64,000 bases of DNA from an uncultured Acidobacteriota bacterium. Lineage in GTDB: Bacteria > Acidobacteriota > UBA6911. The position numbers and the translations under genes were made by a program. This document shows positions 9,289 to 20,652 of this stretch, one piece after another. The stretch spans positions 58,428-122,427 of the forward strand of contig CAWJKZ010000016.1 of NCBI GenBank assembly GCA_963843575.1, given 5' to 3'. Below the pieces are notes generated by a model that was not told the DNA's origin, searched no databases, and saw only the letters and a list, made by a program, of their open reading frames with translations. The first letter of the stretch is position 1. The number at the start of each line of letters is the position of its first letter.

Positions 9289-11845
9289 GCTGTTCATCCT
9301 GAGGCACCTCGGCAGAGAGCGGGCGCGTTCGGTCAGCGCCGTGTTCGGGTTTGCCCTGGGGATCGCCGTCATCGTCGCAATCCGGATGGCCAACGCCAGC
9401 TCGCTGCGCGGCTTCGAGTCGGCGCTCGACCTCATCTCAGGCAAGACCTCTCTCGAAATCTCGGCGCCCGGCGGCGTGGACGAGACGCGGATACCGGAAC
9501 TCTCCTGGCTGGGTGACTATGGGACCGTGAGCCCGGTGGTGGAGGCAGACGCCCGGGTGCGTGCGGCCTCGGGCGGCGAAGTCGTGCGCGTCCTCGGGGT
9601 CGACATCCTCAGGGACAGGACGCTGCGCGACTATCGCCTGCTCGACTTCGGGGGAGGGCGGCAGCCCGACAGCCGCGAGTTCCTGGAGCTGCTCGTCGAC
9701 CCGCATTCCATTATTCTGACGGCGCGATTCGCGGCGCGTTTCGGGCTCGCGGCGGGCCAGGAGGTGGAGATCACGGCCGGCGACCGCGCGCAGAGGTTCA
9801 CGGTCCGCGGCCTGCTGCGGGACACCGGGCCGGCCCAGGCGCTCGACGGCAACGTCGCCCTGATGGACGTCGCCGCCGCCCAGTGGGTGTTCGCGTCGCT
9901 CGGGCGGCTGACCCGGATCGACGTGCGCCTCAAGGACGGGATCGGCGTCGAGGAGGCGGAGCGGCGGATCGCCCCGCGGCTGCCGGCCGGGATGTCGGCA
10001 GACCGCCCCGCCCGCCGCGGGCGCGAGGTCGAAAAGATGCTGGCGGCCTTTCACTTCAACCTCTCCGCGCTCTCGTACGTTTCCCTGCTGGTCGGCCTGT
10101 TCATGATCTACAACACGGTTTCGGTCTCGGTGGCGGCGCGCCGCCAGGAGATCGGCAGCCTGAGGGCCCTCGGCGCCAGCCGCCGCACCGTGCTGCGCCT
10201 CTTTCTGGGCGAAGCGGCCGTTCTGGCCGTGGCCGGGTGCGGTCTCGGACTGCTGATTGCGCCGTACCTCGCGCGCGGCGCCGTCGCGCTCACCTCCACG
10301 ACCGTCTCGGTTCTGTACCGCGGGGTGGTGTCGCCGCCGCCGGGGCTCGGCCCCTGGGACGCGGTCCTGGCCTTTTCCGTCGGCCTCCCGCTCGCGCTCT
10401 TCTCGGCGTCGGTCCCGGCGCTGGAGGCAGCCCGGGTCCCCCCGGCCGACTCTGTCCGGGGCGCCGACAGGCTCGAGACGCGACACCGCCTGCGGCTGCG
10501 CCACCTGTCCGTTCCGGCGCTGCTGCTGCTGGCCGGGTGGGAGCTGGCGCGACTGGGGCCGGTCGGCGGGCTGCCGGTCTTCGGCTTCTTCTCGGCGCTC
10601 TTTATCGTGTTTGGCGGCGCCGCCCTGACGCCGCTCGTCCTGTTCCTGCTCGCGCGGGCGGGCCGCCGGCCGCTGACGCGCCTCCTGAAGGTCGAGGGGA
10701 TGCTCGCCCACGCCAACCTCTCCGGTTCCGTCCCCCGCCTGTCGGTGTCGGTGGCGGCACTCTCGCTGAGCCTTTCGATGATGGTCGCGATCGCCGTCAT
10801 GGTGGGGAGTTTCCGGGAGACGGTGATTTACTGGGTGGGGCAGACGCTGCGGGCGGACCTCTACCTCGGCCCCGCGCTGCACGGAGCGGGCCGCCCGGCC
10901 GCGCTCTCCCCGGAAGTCGTGCGGACGGCCGCCGCGGACCCGGCGGTCGAGGCCGTCGACCCCTTTCGGCGCGAGGACGCTCCCTTCGCCGGCGGCACCG
11001 TCACGCTCGGCTGCAGCGACTTCGGCGTGCTCCTGGCGCGGGGGGGCCTCCTGTTCAAGAGCCCGCGCGACGGCCGCCGCGCCGCGCTCGCAGCCGCCGG
11101 CCACGAGGGTGTGGTCGTCTCCGAGAGTTTCTCCCTCAGGCACGGCTACGCCGACGGAGACTGGGTCGAGCTGCCGGCCCCCCGGGGGCGCGTCCGGCTC
11201 CGGATCGCCGCCGTATACTACGACTACTCGAGCGACCGCGGCGTCGTCCTGATGGACCGGAGCACCTGGTTGCGCCACTTCGGCGACGCCTCGCCCACGG
11301 GGATGGGGCTCTACCTGAAGGCGGGTTCCGACCCGGCGGCGGCGCGCTCGCGCATCCTCGGCGCCCTCGGCGACAACCACCGCGTCTTCCTCAACACCAA
11401 CGAGTCGCTCCGCCGCGAGGTGCTGCGCATCTTCGACAGCACGTTCGCGGTGACCTGGGCCCTGGAGGCCATCGCCATCTTCGTCGCGATCCTCGGGGTC
11501 TCCTCCACGCTCCTCACCCTGACCTACGAGCGGCGGCGGGACGTCGCCATGCTCCGGCTGATCGGCGCCGGCAGGCGGCAGATCACCAGAATGATCGTGA
11601 CCGAGGCGGGCCTCCTCGGGGCCGCGAGCCAGGCCGTCGGCGTCTCCGTCGGGCTGCTGCTGTCGCTGCTGCTGATCTATGTCGTCAACGTGCAAAGCTT
11701 CGGCTGGACGATCCAGTTCCACCTGCCGCGCGCCTTCCTGATGCAGATGACGGCCGGGATCCTCGCGGCGACCGCCCTGGCTGGCCTCTACCCCGCGCGC
11801 CGCGCCTGCGGGTTCCGGTTGAGCGACCAGGTCGCGGAGGAGTGA
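9275..11845 (+). CDS. FtsX/MacB-type double ABC permease (AttFG-like)
   Basis: Two permease repeats ([13 protein letters not shown]; [12 protein letters not shown]) and [10 protein letters not shown]; overlaps the ATPase stop. Confidence 0.9.
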   Translation: MRLFRLFILRHLGRERARSVSAVFGFALGIAVIVAIRMANASSLRGFESALDLISGKTSLEISAPGGVDETRIPELSWLGDYGTVSPVVEADARVRAASGGEVVRVLGVDILRDRTLRDYRLLDFGGGRQPDSREFLELLVDPHSIILTARFAARFGLAAGQEVEITAGDRAQRFTVRGLLRDTGPAQALDGNVALMDVAAAQWVFASLGRLTRIDVRLKDGIGVEEAERRIAPRLPAGMSADRPARRGREVEKMLAAFHFNLSALSYVSLLVGLFMIYNTVSVSVAARRQEIGSLRALGASRRTVLRLFLGEAAVLAVAGCGLGLLIAPYLARGAVALTSTTVSVLYRGVVSPPPGLGPWDAVLAFSVGLPLALFSASVPALEAARVPPADSVRGADRLETRHRLRLRHLSVPALLLLAGWELARLGPVGGLPVFGFFSALFIVFGGAALTPLVLFLLARAGRRPLTRLLKVEGMLAHANLSGSVPRLSVSVAALSLSLSMMVAIAVMVGSFRETVIYWVGQTLRADLYLGPALHGAGRPAALSPEVVRTAAADPAVEAVDPFRREDAPFAGGTVTLGCSDFGVLLARGGLLFKSPRDGRRAALAAAGHEGVVVSESFSLRHGYADGDWVELPAPRGRVRLRIAAVYYDYSSDRGVVLMDRSTWLRHFGDASPTGMGLYLKAGSDPAAARSRILGALGDNHRVFLNTNESLRREVLRIFDSTFAVTWALEAIAIFVAILGVSSTLLTLTYERRRDVAMLRLIGAGRRQITRMIVTEAGLLGAASQAVGVSVGLLLSLLLIYVVNVQSFGWTIQFHLPRAFLMQMTAGILAATALAGLYPARRACGFRLSDQVAEE

Positions 11846-11850
11846 GGCCC

Positions 11851-12918
11851 ATGGCCCTTATACGCAACCTGGCCTGCGCGGCGCTCGCGTGCGCAGCGCT
11901 CGCGTCCAGCTTCGACGCCGCGACCTGGCGCCAGGCCCAGCCCGGCTACGCCTTCCAGTTCCCGCTCGACCACCGGAGCCACCCCGAGTACAGGATCGAG
12001 TGGTGGTACTACACGGGCAACCTTCGCGCCGGGGACGGGCGCCGCTTCGGCTACCAGCTGACCTTTTTCCGCGTCGGCGTGGATTACAGCCCGGCGAACC
12101 CGTCGCGCTGGGCCGTGCGCGACCTGTTCATGGCGCACCTGGCCGTGAGCGACATCGACGGGGGGCGGTTCCGTTTCTCCGAGCTGCTCAACCGGGCCGG
12201 CCCGGGTTGGGCCGGCGCCGATGCGGAAACCTACCGCGTGTGGAACGAGGGCTGGGAGGCGCGGCTCGACCCCGCAGGCGACCACCGGCTGCGCGCCTCC
12301 GCCGACGGCATCGGCGTCGACCTGACGCTTGCTCCGGGCAAACCCCCAGTGCTGCACGGCGAGCGCGGCTACAGCCGCAAAGGGCCGTCCGCGGGCAATG
12401 CGTCGGAATACTACTCTCTGACCAGGATGCCGACCCGCGGCCAGCTGACTGTCGACGGCAGGCAGTTCGACGTGCAGGGCGCAAGCTGGATGGACCACGA
12501 GTTCGGCACCAGCTTTCTCGAAGGCGGCCAGACCGGCTGGGACTGGTTTTCCCTCCAGCTGGAGGACGGCCGCGACCTGATGCTGTTCCAGCTGCGCCTC
12601 GCCGACGGCTCGCGGAGCCCGTACTCGAGCGGGACGCTCGTGGACTCCTCGGGCGGCGCGTCGCCGCTGCGCGCCGACGAGTTCGAACTCCTGCCCGGCC
12701 GTGCCTGGAAATCGCCCGCCAGCGGCTACAGCTACCCGCTCGAGTGGCTCGTGCGGATCCCAGGGAAGAACCTCCATCTCACGGTCCGCGCCGCGCTCGA
12801 CGATCAGGAGCTGCGCACCACCCGCTCCACCGGCGTGACCTACTACGAGGGCGCCGTCACCGCCCAGCACGCCCTCGGCTACCTGGAAATGACCAGGGGA
12901 CGGACCCCAGGAAACTAA
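11851..12918 (+). CDS. Secreted lipocalin-like AttH/CrtC-family protein
   Basis: Signal peptide, [40 protein letters not shown]. Confidence 0.88.
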   Translation: MALIRNLACAALACAALASSFDAATWRQAQPGYAFQFPLDHRSHPEYRIEWWYYTGNLRAGDGRRFGYQLTFFRVGVDYSPANPSRWAVRDLFMAHLAVSDIDGGRFRFSELLNRAGPGWAGADAETYRVWNEGWEARLDPAGDHRLRASADGIGVDLTLAPGKPPVLHGERGYSRKGPSAGNASEYYSLTRMPTRGQLTVDGRQFDVQGASWMDHEFGTSFLEGGQTGWDWFSLQLEDGRDLMLFQLRLADGSRSPYSSGTLVDSSGGASPLRADEFELLPGRAWKSPASGYSYPLEWLVRIPGKNLHLTVRAALDDQELRTTRSTGVTYYEGAVTAQHALGYLEMTRGRTPGN

Positions 12919-13010
12919 GCGTTATCGATGCTTAAGCAAGAATGCAGTACGAAAAACGGGCCTTATTTGCGATTTTCGACCCCTTTTTTCGGATTAAGCG
13001 GCCCAACGGC

Positions 13011-13277
13011 GTCCGGGCTGAAGCCCGGACCCACTTGCTTTGCGTGCAGGGCGGGTGAGTTTGTGGGCGCTGTCGAGTGAAACTGTCGCTGAGTAGGGCA
13101 GACCTAAAGACGTCCGGGCTGAAGAGGCTGTCCAACGGTTGAGGTTCAATCCGGACGAACTGAAGTAATCTGGCGTGCGGCGCCTCGGCGCTACGCCGAA
13201 TTGCGAGATGCGACCCTGCGACCTCGGCCTTTGGCGGCGCCGAGCCGCCGCACTTCCACAATCAACCGTTGGACGGC
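13011..13277. repeat. Composite repeat: REP class 1, half REP, MITE-like element containing a REP class 2 doublet
   Basis: REP at 13011-13034; half REP ending TGAA at 13123; TIR GAGGCTGTCCAACGGTTGA at 13124-13142; palindromic doublet at 13171-13258; inverted TIR at 13262-13277. Confidence 0.8.
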
Positions 13278-13373
13278 GCAGATCTTGTGGGTGCGCTGCG
13301 AAACTATTGAATCCGGCTGGGGGCGATCAGGCGTACACTGGCCGGCAGACAGATCCAGCCAGGGGGGGAGAGT

Positions 13374-14544
13374 ATGCTGAACAGACGCGCTTTCCTGGGC
13401 ACCGCTTTGGGGGCCGGCGCCCTGCGAGCCGCGCCGCGCCTCGCGCGGCGAGCGCCCCGCCGATGAAGATCACCGACGTCAAGTTCCTGCGCCTGCGGTA
13501 TCCGGGCACGACGCCGCGCAAGCGCAACGCGACCATCGCAGCGGCGGCGGAGCGCCCGGCATGGCTCAACTCGAGGTCTACACGGACGCCGGGATCGTCG
13601 GGCGCAGCATACTCTCGGGGAGCGAGGAATTGATCCGGTCGCAACTTCTGCCGCGCATCCTGGGCCTGAATCCCTTCCACGTAGAGGCAATCTGGGACCG
13701 CATGTATCGGTACAACCGGAAGCCGGTGGCGAAGGGCCTCTACATTTCGGCCATGGGCTCGGTGGACCTCGCCGTATGGGACATCATCGGGAAGGCGCTG
13801 AAGCTTCCTGTGTGCGAGGTGCTGGGCGTGTACTCGGAGAAGATCCGGGTCTACGCCGCGGGCGGATACTACGAGGAGGGGAAGGGCGTAAGGGAACTCG
13901 TCGAGGAGATGGAGGGATACGTCCGGGAGGGCTTCCGCGCCGTCAAGATGAAGGTCGGCGGTGAGGCCATGCTGGCCGACGTGGAGCGGGTGCGGGCGGT
14001 GAGGGAAGCTCTCGGGCCGAAGATCGACCTGATGATCGACGCCAATAACCGGTGGAGTGCCTACGACGCGATCCGCTTCGGACGTATGGTCGAGAAGTAC
14101 GAACCGTTCTGGTTCGAGGAACCGGTGGAGGCGGACGACTTCGCGGGCTGCGCCGAGGCGAAGCGCACGCTCGACATCCCGATCGCCGCCGGGGAAAACG
14201 AGTTCACGCGCTGGGGGGCGCGCGACCTGATTCAGGCGCAGGCGGTGGACATCCTGCAGTGCGACACGGTGCTGGCCGGCGGCATCACCGAGATGCGGAA
14301 GATCGCCGCCCTCGCCTCCGCGTTCCACGTCCCCGTGTCGCCGCACGGCAGTCCGCACATGGCCGTGCATCTTCTGGCCTCGCTGCCGAACGCCATCGTG
14401 ATGGAAACCTATCCCGCGGTCGAGAGCCGGTACAACCCGGCGCTGCCGCTCTTCCCCGTGAAGGACGGCTACATCGACGTGCCCGGCACGCCGGGTCTGG
14501 GAATAGACCCGGATCCCGAGCTCGTCAGGAAGTACCGCGTCTGA
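13374..14544 (+). CDS. Mandelate racemase/muconate lactonizing (enolase superfamily) enzyme with Tat signal, frameshifted near 5' end
   Basis: MLNRRAFLG Tat start, MKITDVK in a second frame, then DLAVWDIIGK, AVKMKVG, LMIDAN, WFEEP, GENE, SPH. Confidence 0.85.
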
Positions 14545-14631
14545 GCCGTTCAACCGGGGGGCGAGGGCCGTCCGTTCCTACGTCTCGGCGCGATTCCCTC
14601 GCGGCCGTTCCTGCGTTACACTTCCGTCGCG

Positions 14632-15949
14632 ATGGTGGGAGGCATTCCTTCGGTATCTGGCCGCTTTCGGCTCACGGTGCGCGCGTTGCGGCACCGCAAC
14701 TTCCGCCTGTTTTTCGGCGGCCAGCTCGTATCGCTGATCGGCACCTGGATGCAGACGGTGGCCCAGTCGTGGCTTGTCTACCGCCTGACCGGCTCGTCGT
14801 TGCTGCTGGGCACGGTCGGGTTCTGCAGCCAGCTCCCGGTGTTCCTGCTCGCCTCGTTCGGCGGGGCTGTGGCCGATCGCCACAACCGGCACCGCGTGGT
14901 GATCGCGACCCAAAGCGCGTCGATGCTCCTGGCGCTGGCGCTGTCGTTCCTGACCCTGTCCGGGCACGTGCAGGTCTGGCACGTCTTCGTGCTGGCCTCG
15001 TGCCTGGGGATGGTAAACGCGTTCGACATCCCGACGCGCCAGGCGTTTATCGTCGACATGGTCGGGAAGGAGGACCTGATGAACGCCATCGCCCTGAACT
15101 CGTCGATGTTCAACAGCGCGCGCATCATCGGGCCCGTCGATCGCGGGCATCCTGGTGGCGGCCATCGGCGAGGGGTGGTGTTTTTTCGCCAACGGCGTGA
15201 GCTACGTCGCGGTGATCGCCGGGCTGGCGCTGATGAAGCTGCCGCCGCGCCAGGTGGAGGCGAGGACCGGATCCACCCTGAGCCGGATCGTCGAAGGGTT
15301 TGCCTTCGTGCGCCGCACCGCCCCCGTGCGCTCGCTGCTGCTCCTGCTCGGCCTGGTGAGCCTGGTCGGCATGCCCTACGTCGTCCTGATGCCGATCTTC
15401 GCCGACAGGATTCTGCACGGCGGCGCCCGCGGGCTCGGGGTGCTGATGTCGGCCACCGGGATCGGCGCGCTGGTCGGGGCGCTGGTGCTGGCCTCCCGGA
15501 GTTCGGGGATCCGCGGCCTGGGCCGATGGGCGGCGCTGGCCAGTTCCGGCTTCGGCCTGAGCCTCGTGCTGTTCTCCGCCTCGAGGTCCTTCTGGCTCTC
15601 CGCGGCCCTGCTGGTGCCGGTCGGCTTCTCCATGATGGTGCAGATGGGGAGCTCCAACACCCTGATCCAGTCGATGGTCCCGGACCGGCTGCGCGGCCGG
15701 GTGATGGCGGTCTATTCGATGATGTTCATGGGGATGGCCCCGTTCGGCTCGCTCCTGGCCGGCCTGCTCTCCGACAGGCTCGGCGCCCCGCTCACCATCA
15801 TGACCGGCGCCATCGGCTGCCTGGCCGGCTCGGCGATCTTCACCCTGCGGCTCCCCATGCTCCGCAGTCAGGCCAGGGACCTGATCGTTGCGCAGAACAT
15901 CCCGGCCGGAGACCCGACCGGGGAGATCACCTCCCGGCTGGTCCCTTAG
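14632..15949 (+). CDS. MFS transporter (DUF894/H+ antiporter-like), frameshifted at ~15135
   Basis: RALRHRNFRLFFGGQLVSLIGTWMQ; the second frame has LRGRVMAVYSMMFMG. Confidence 0.88.
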
Positions 15950-16093
15950 CGCTCGCGCCAAAGTGAGAACTTATTCCTGCGCGAACCCTTGGACCTGCCC
16001 AGGACGGACTCCGGAGGTTTCGTGGGCTCGAAGAACCTCGAGGAGTTCCCCGTTCCGTGTTAAGGTAACGCCTTTCCTTGCGGAGCCTGGCGC

Positions 16094-18220
16094 GTGCGGA
16101 AGGTGATCGTTGCGGCCCTGGTGTGTCTGTGTGCCCGGCCCGTGGCCCGCGCGCAGGACGCCGTCACGGCGCCGCTGACCGGTACGCCCCCGAGAATCGA
16201 CGGGCGCCTCGACGACGCGGCGTGGCGCACCGCGGCCCGCATCGATCGCTTCACCCAGCGCGAGCCGCGGCCCGGCGAGCAGGCGTCGGAACGGACCGAG
16301 GTGCTGATCTGCTTCGACCGCGACAACCTCTATTTCGCCTTCCGCTGCTTCGAAGGCGACCCCTCCTCGATCACGGCCAAGGAAATGGCCAGGGACGCGG
16401 ACCTCGGGCAGGACGACAGGGTGCAGATCATCCTGGACACCTTCCTCGACGGCCGCAACGGCTACTGGTTCCAGATCGGCCCCCGCGGCTCCATCGGCGA
16501 CGCGCTCCTCAGCGAAAACGGCGAAATCCTCAACAAGAACTGGGACGGCCTCTGGCAGGGAAAGGCGCGCATCCACGGCCAGGGCTGGGACGCCGAGGTG
16601 GCGATCCCGTTTAAGACCCTCGCCTTCAAGCCCGGCACGAGCCGCTGGGGGCTCAAGCTCATCCGCAACATCAAGCGCAGACTCGAGGCCTCGTACTGGC
16701 CCACCGCAAACCTCGATACCTTCCGCTTCCAGGTCTCGGACGCCGGGACCCTGGAAGGGCTCGAAGGGATCACCCAGGGGATCGGCCTCGCGGTGAGCCC
16801 GTACGCCCTGGCCGGCGCTGACAAGAAGCCGGGACTCTCGGCGGAGGCGGTCGGCGACGCCGGGCTGGACGTCTACCAGCGGATCACGCCTGGACTCGAG
16901 AGCGCCCTGACCCTCAACACCGACTTCGCCCAGACGGAAGTCGACGCGCGGCAGGTCAACCTCACCCGCTTCCCGCTTTTCTTCCCGGAGAAGCGCGATT
17001 TCTTCCTCCAGGGCTCCAGCTACTTCAGCTTCGGTCCCTCCGGCAACCAGCTCATCCCGTTCTTCTCCCGCCGCGTCGGGCTCGACTCGTCGGGCGACCC
17101 GATCCCGCTCGTCTGGGGAGCGAAACTCACCGGCCAGATCGGGCGCTGGAACGTCGGGGTGCTCGACGCCATGGACGACCGCGCAGACGGCCACCGCAAT
17201 TTCGCCGTGGCCCGCCTCCGGCGCAACGTCGGCCACCAGTCCTCCGTCGGATTCATCGTGACGGAGGGAAACTCTTTTTCCGCCGACGGCAACGTTGTCG
17301 CGGGGGCGGACTTCAAGCTCGCCAGCTCGAGGTTCCGCCGAAACAAGAACATCTCCGTCTCCGGCTTTGCGCTCAAATCGACCACCGACGGGGTGACGTC
17401 CGACGACTGGGCGTTCGGCGCCGAGGCCGCCTACCCGAACGATTTCCTGAACCTCAGGCTCGGCTTCGACCAGATCGGCGGCAACTTCAATGCCGGCGTC
17501 GGCTTCGTACCGCGCACCGGCATCCGCCAGCTCTATTCCCAGGGCCTTGTTGGCCCGCGTCCGCGGCGCTTCGGCATCCTGCAGATCCTGTCCGGGGCAG
17601 ACCTCGACTACATCACGGACCTCGACAACCGCCTGCTCACGCGCCGGATAAACGTCGTTCCCGCCCAGGTCCGGTTCAATTCCGGTGACGAGGTCGCCTT
17701 CAAGGTGACCCCTCAGTACGAGTTCCTCGACCGCGGCTTCGACATCCAGCCCGGCCACCGGGTCCCCCAGGGAAGCTACACCTTCCTGCGCCGCTCGATC
17801 GAGTTCCTCGGCGCACAGCGGCGCAACCTCTGGGCGACGGCGGCCTACCGCTGGGGGAGCTTTTACGACGGCACCCGCCGGGACGTCGCCCTGGCGGTCG
17901 GCTACAAGGTGCGGGTGCCGCTGTTCGTCGGCGCCGAGTACGAGCGCGACCGCGTCTCCCTCCCGGGCGGCCGCTTCGCCGTCAACGTCTCGCGCCTCAA
18001 CGCCAACGTCCTGTTCAGCCCCGACATCACCCTGTACAACTATCTCCAGTACGACAACATCTCGCAGACGCTGGGATGGCAGTCGCGCTTCCGCTGGATC
18101 CTGAAGCCGGGCAACGAAGTGCTTTTCGTGTGGAATTCGCGCTCGCTCCGCCCGCTCGAGCACCTCGAGATCACCGAGGCCTCCGCCCGCATCAAGCTGC
18201 GCTACAACTACCGTTTCTGA
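16094..18220 (+). CDS. CBM9-like/DUF5916 outer-membrane protein
   Basis: Signal peptide, PRIDGRLDD..W, GWDAEVAIPF, NTDFAQTEVD, RFPLFFPEKRDFF, terminal aromatic residue (YNYRF). Confidence 0.85.
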   Translation: MRKVIVAALVCLCARPVARAQDAVTAPLTGTPPRIDGRLDDAAWRTAARIDRFTQREPRPGEQASERTEVLICFDRDNLYFAFRCFEGDPSSITAKEMARDADLGQDDRVQIILDTFLDGRNGYWFQIGPRGSIGDALLSENGEILNKNWDGLWQGKARIHGQGWDAEVAIPFKTLAFKPGTSRWGLKLIRNIKRRLEASYWPTANLDTFRFQVSDAGTLEGLEGITQGIGLAVSPYALAGADKKPGLSAEAVGDAGLDVYQRITPGLESALTLNTDFAQTEVDARQVNLTRFPLFFPEKRDFFLQGSSYFSFGPSGNQLIPFFSRRVGLDSSGDPIPLVWGAKLTGQIGRWNVGVLDAMDDRADGHRNFAVARLRRNVGHQSSVGFIVTEGNSFSADGNVVAGADFKLASSRFRRNKNISVSGFALKSTTDGVTSDDWAFGAEAAYPNDFLNLRLGFDQIGGNFNAGVGFVPRTGIRQLYSQGLVGPRPRRFGILQILSGADLDYITDLDNRLLTRRINVVPAQVRFNSGDEVAFKVTPQYEFLDRGFDIQPGHRVPQGSYTFLRRSIEFLGAQRRNLWATAAYRWGSFYDGTRRDVALAVGYKVRVPLFVGAEYERDRVSLPGGRFAVNVSRLNANVLFSPDITLYNYLQYDNISQTLGWQSRFRWILKPGNEVLFVWNSRSLRPLEHLEITEASARIKLRYNYRF

Positions 18221-18255
18221 GAGCCGCCCCGAACCCCTGCCGGTATCGCCGCCGG

Positions 18256-18640
18256 ATGAAGGTGCCGGCGCCGCGGCCCGCGACCGGAGCGGCCCCGGAA
18301 GCCGGAACGACCGGTGCGCCCGATTTCGTCGTGAAAAAGCTCGAGCTGAAGAGCGGCCGCGTCTCGCTCGGGTCCACCGCCTCGCCCAAGCGGAGCAACT
18401 ACGAGGACTTGAACCTCCGGGCCACCGACGCCTCGTTGCAGGCCCAGTTTCCCTTCGAACTTTCCGCCCGGGTGCCCGAGGGCGGGAGCCTTGCCGTCGA
18501 GGGCAAGTTCGGGCCTGTCGACCGCGGCGGCGCCGAACTCACTCCCCTGGACGGCCGGATGACGGTCAGCGGTCTCGACCTGGCGCAAACGGGCCTTGTG
18601 GACCCGGCCGCCGGCATGGCGAGGTTGGTCGATCTCAAGG
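18256..18640 (+). pseudogene. Internal fragment of an AsmA-family protein
   Basis: FVVKKLELKSGRV...YEDLNL.ATDASL..QFPFELSA.VPEGGSL..EGKFGPVD resembles an AsmA middle region; no N- or C-terminal parts. Confidence 0.55.
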
Positions 18641-18724
18641 AGACTACATGCCGTCGGCCGGACTCCGCAGCCCGCGGCGCGATCGTGTACAATTGTTTAG
18701 CGGTCTTTCGCCCGGGAGGAGTCG

Positions 18725-19393
18725 ATGCGAGCGGTGTTCCTTTTCGTTGCATTGATTCTCTACTATCCCTCTGCGGCGGCACAGCAGCCTGCGCCCTCGA
18801 CCCCGGAGGAGATGCACCGCCTGCACCAGGATTCCGGGGCGTATATCGCGCTCCTGGAGGATCCGTCGCGCGACGCCTACCAGAAACCCCACGAAGTGAT
18901 CGCGGCGCTGCATATCAGGGAAGGGGAGGCCATCGCCGACATCGGGGCCGGCTCCGGCTACTTCACGCTTCGACTGGCCCGCCATGTCGGCGAAAAGGGG
19001 CGGGTCTACGCCGTCGACGTCAGCCCCGACATGATCCTGCACCTGAACCGGCGCATCCGCGACCTCGGGGTGCGGAACGTGGAGACGGTTCTCGCCGCCC
19101 CGGACGACCCGCTGCTGGCGGACGCGTCGCTGGACCGCGTCTTCATCTGCGACACCTGGCACCACATCCCCGATCAGGCCCGCTACCTCTCCCTGCTGAA
19201 GAGGCTGCTCAAACGGGGCGGCCAGATCGTCATGATCGACTACCAGAAGAGGGAATTGCCCGTGGGCCCGCCCGTCTCGATGAAGGTCGCCCGCGAGGAC
19301 CTGTTGCGGCAGCTGAAGGACGGCGGCTTTCGGCTGGCGCAGGAACACGATTTTCTCCCCTACCAGTATTTTCTGGTGTTCGAGGCACAATGA
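18725..19393 (+). CDS. Class I SAM-dependent methyltransferase with signal peptide
   Basis: IADIGAGSGYF, VYAVDV, DTWHH. Confidence 0.88.
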   Translation: MRAVFLFVALILYYPSAAAQQPAPSTPEEMHRLHQDSGAYIALLEDPSRDAYQKPHEVIAALHIREGEAIADIGAGSGYFTLRLARHVGEKGRVYAVDVSPDMILHLNRRIRDLGVRNVETVLAAPDDPLLADASLDRVFICDTWHHIPDQARYLSLLKRLLKRGGQIVMIDYQKRELPVGPPVSMKVAREDLLRQLKDGGFRLAQEHDFLPYQYFLVFEAQ

Positions 19394-19432
19394 GGAGCCG
19401 CGCCGCGGCCGCGCCGCACGTTGCCACTGAAG

Positions 19433-19461
19433 AAGGCGGGGTCGAGCCGACCCCGCCCACT
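19433..19461. terminator. Intergenic hairpin (GGCGGGGTCG-AGC-CGACCCCGCC)
   Basis: Perfect 10-bp stem between the methyltransferase and pirin genes; GTGG foot on the minus strand, so it could instead be a REP. Confidence 0.45.
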
Positions 19462-19494
19462 TGAGGCGATACACTCAATTGGGGGGAGGCGGAC

Positions 19495-20412
19495 ATGACC
19501 ACTCGACCGGTGAAACGGCTTTCCAAGGCGAAGCCGACCATCGAAGGCGCCGGGGTGCACCTGCACCGCGCGTTCGGTTTCGGCAACACCGCGGATTTCG
19601 ATCCTTTCCTGCTACTGGACGATTTCCGCAACGACGTCCCGCAGGATTACCTGGCGGGCTTCCCGTGGCACCCGCACCGCGGGATCGAGACGATTACCTA
19701 CGTGCTCGCCGGGACCGTGGAGCACGGCGACAGCATGGGCAACCGCGGCGTCATCGGCGCGGGCGACGTGCAGTGGATGACGGCCGGCAGCGGCATCATC
19801 CACCAGGAGATGCCGCGGGGGGACGCCGCGGGACGGATGCATGGGTTCCAGCTGTGGGCGAACCTGCCGTCGTCGCTCAAAATGACGGCGCCGCGTTACC
19901 AGGAGGTAAAGGCGGCCGACATCCCGGCCGTCCAGGACCCCGACGGCACGCTGGTCCGCGTCGTCTGCGGGCAGTTCCAGGGAATCGCCGGCCCGGTCGT
20001 GGGCATCGCAGCCGGCCCGGCCTATCTCGACGTGTCGGTGCCGCCGGGCCTGTCGAAGAGCTTTCCCGTAGATGCCGCGCGCCACGCCTTCGCCTACGTT
20101 TTCGCCGGAGAGGGAAGGTTCTGCAACGTGTCCGGCCCCCTCTCGGTGCCCGCCGAAGGGGTCGGCTGGGCCGACACCTCCCCTCCCGGACACGCCGGGA
20201 ACCGCACCCTCGTCCTCTTTGACGGCGGCGACGAAATAACGGTGCAGGCGGGGAACGACGGCGTGCGCTTCCTGCTCGTGTCGGGAAAGCCGCTGGGGGA
20301 GCCGGTCGCCTGGTACGGCCCGATCGTCATGAACACGCAGCAGGAGCTCCGGCAGGCGTTCGACGAACTCGAGAAGGGGACGTTCCTCAAGACGGGCGCC
20401 CACCCGGTTTGA
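19495..20412 (+). CDS. Pirin family protein
   Basis: DPFLLLD, GFPWHPHRGIETITY, WMTAGSGIIHQE, QLWANLP, GPIVMN. Confidence 0.95.
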   Translation: MTTRPVKRLSKAKPTIEGAGVHLHRAFGFGNTADFDPFLLLDDFRNDVPQDYLAGFPWHPHRGIETITYVLAGTVEHGDSMGNRGVIGAGDVQWMTAGSGIIHQEMPRGDAAGRMHGFQLWANLPSSLKMTAPRYQEVKAADIPAVQDPDGTLVRVVCGQFQGIAGPVVGIAAGPAYLDVSVPPGLSKSFPVDAARHAFAYVFAGEGRFCNVSGPLSVPAEGVGWADTSPPGHAGNRTLVLFDGGDEITVQAGNDGVRFLLVSGKPLGEPVAWYGPIVMNTQQELRQAFDELEKGTFLKTGAHPV

Positions 20413-20449
20413 TGGCTGCGTCGGCGTCCCTGTGGCGACCGCAAAACAA

Positions 20450-20626
20450 GTGGGTCCGGGCTTCAGAGGCTGTCCAACAGTTGATTGTGGAGAGCGGCGC
20501 CTCGGCGCCACGCCGAATTGCGAGATGCGACCCTGCGACCTCGGCCTTTGGTGGCGCCGAGCCGCCGCACTCCATTATTCCATCTGCCCTACACAGCGAC
20601 CGCTAACGGCGTCCGGGCTGAAGCCC
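20450..20626. repeat. Composite repeat: half REP, MITE TIR, REP class 2 doublet, partial REP
   Basis: GTGGGTCCGGGCTTCA (20450-20465) directly followed by GAGGCTGTCCAACAGTTGA; 20488-20574 nearly identical to 13171-13258. Confidence 0.85.
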
Positions 20627-20652
20627 TGCTCCGCTTGACGTGAAGGTTCGGG

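Noticed and set aside
9883-11850. 1011-aa ORF 9883-12918 and other long alternative-frame ORFs (e.g. 9437-11722, 15971-18163, 23627-25681)
   Set aside because: These are Arg/Pro/Ala-rich shadow frames of real genes in high-GC DNA; only 11851-12918 of the first is a real protein.
8560-12918. ABC + lipocalin module as a novel system
   Set aside because: It matches the widespread, already described AttEFGH-like arrangement.
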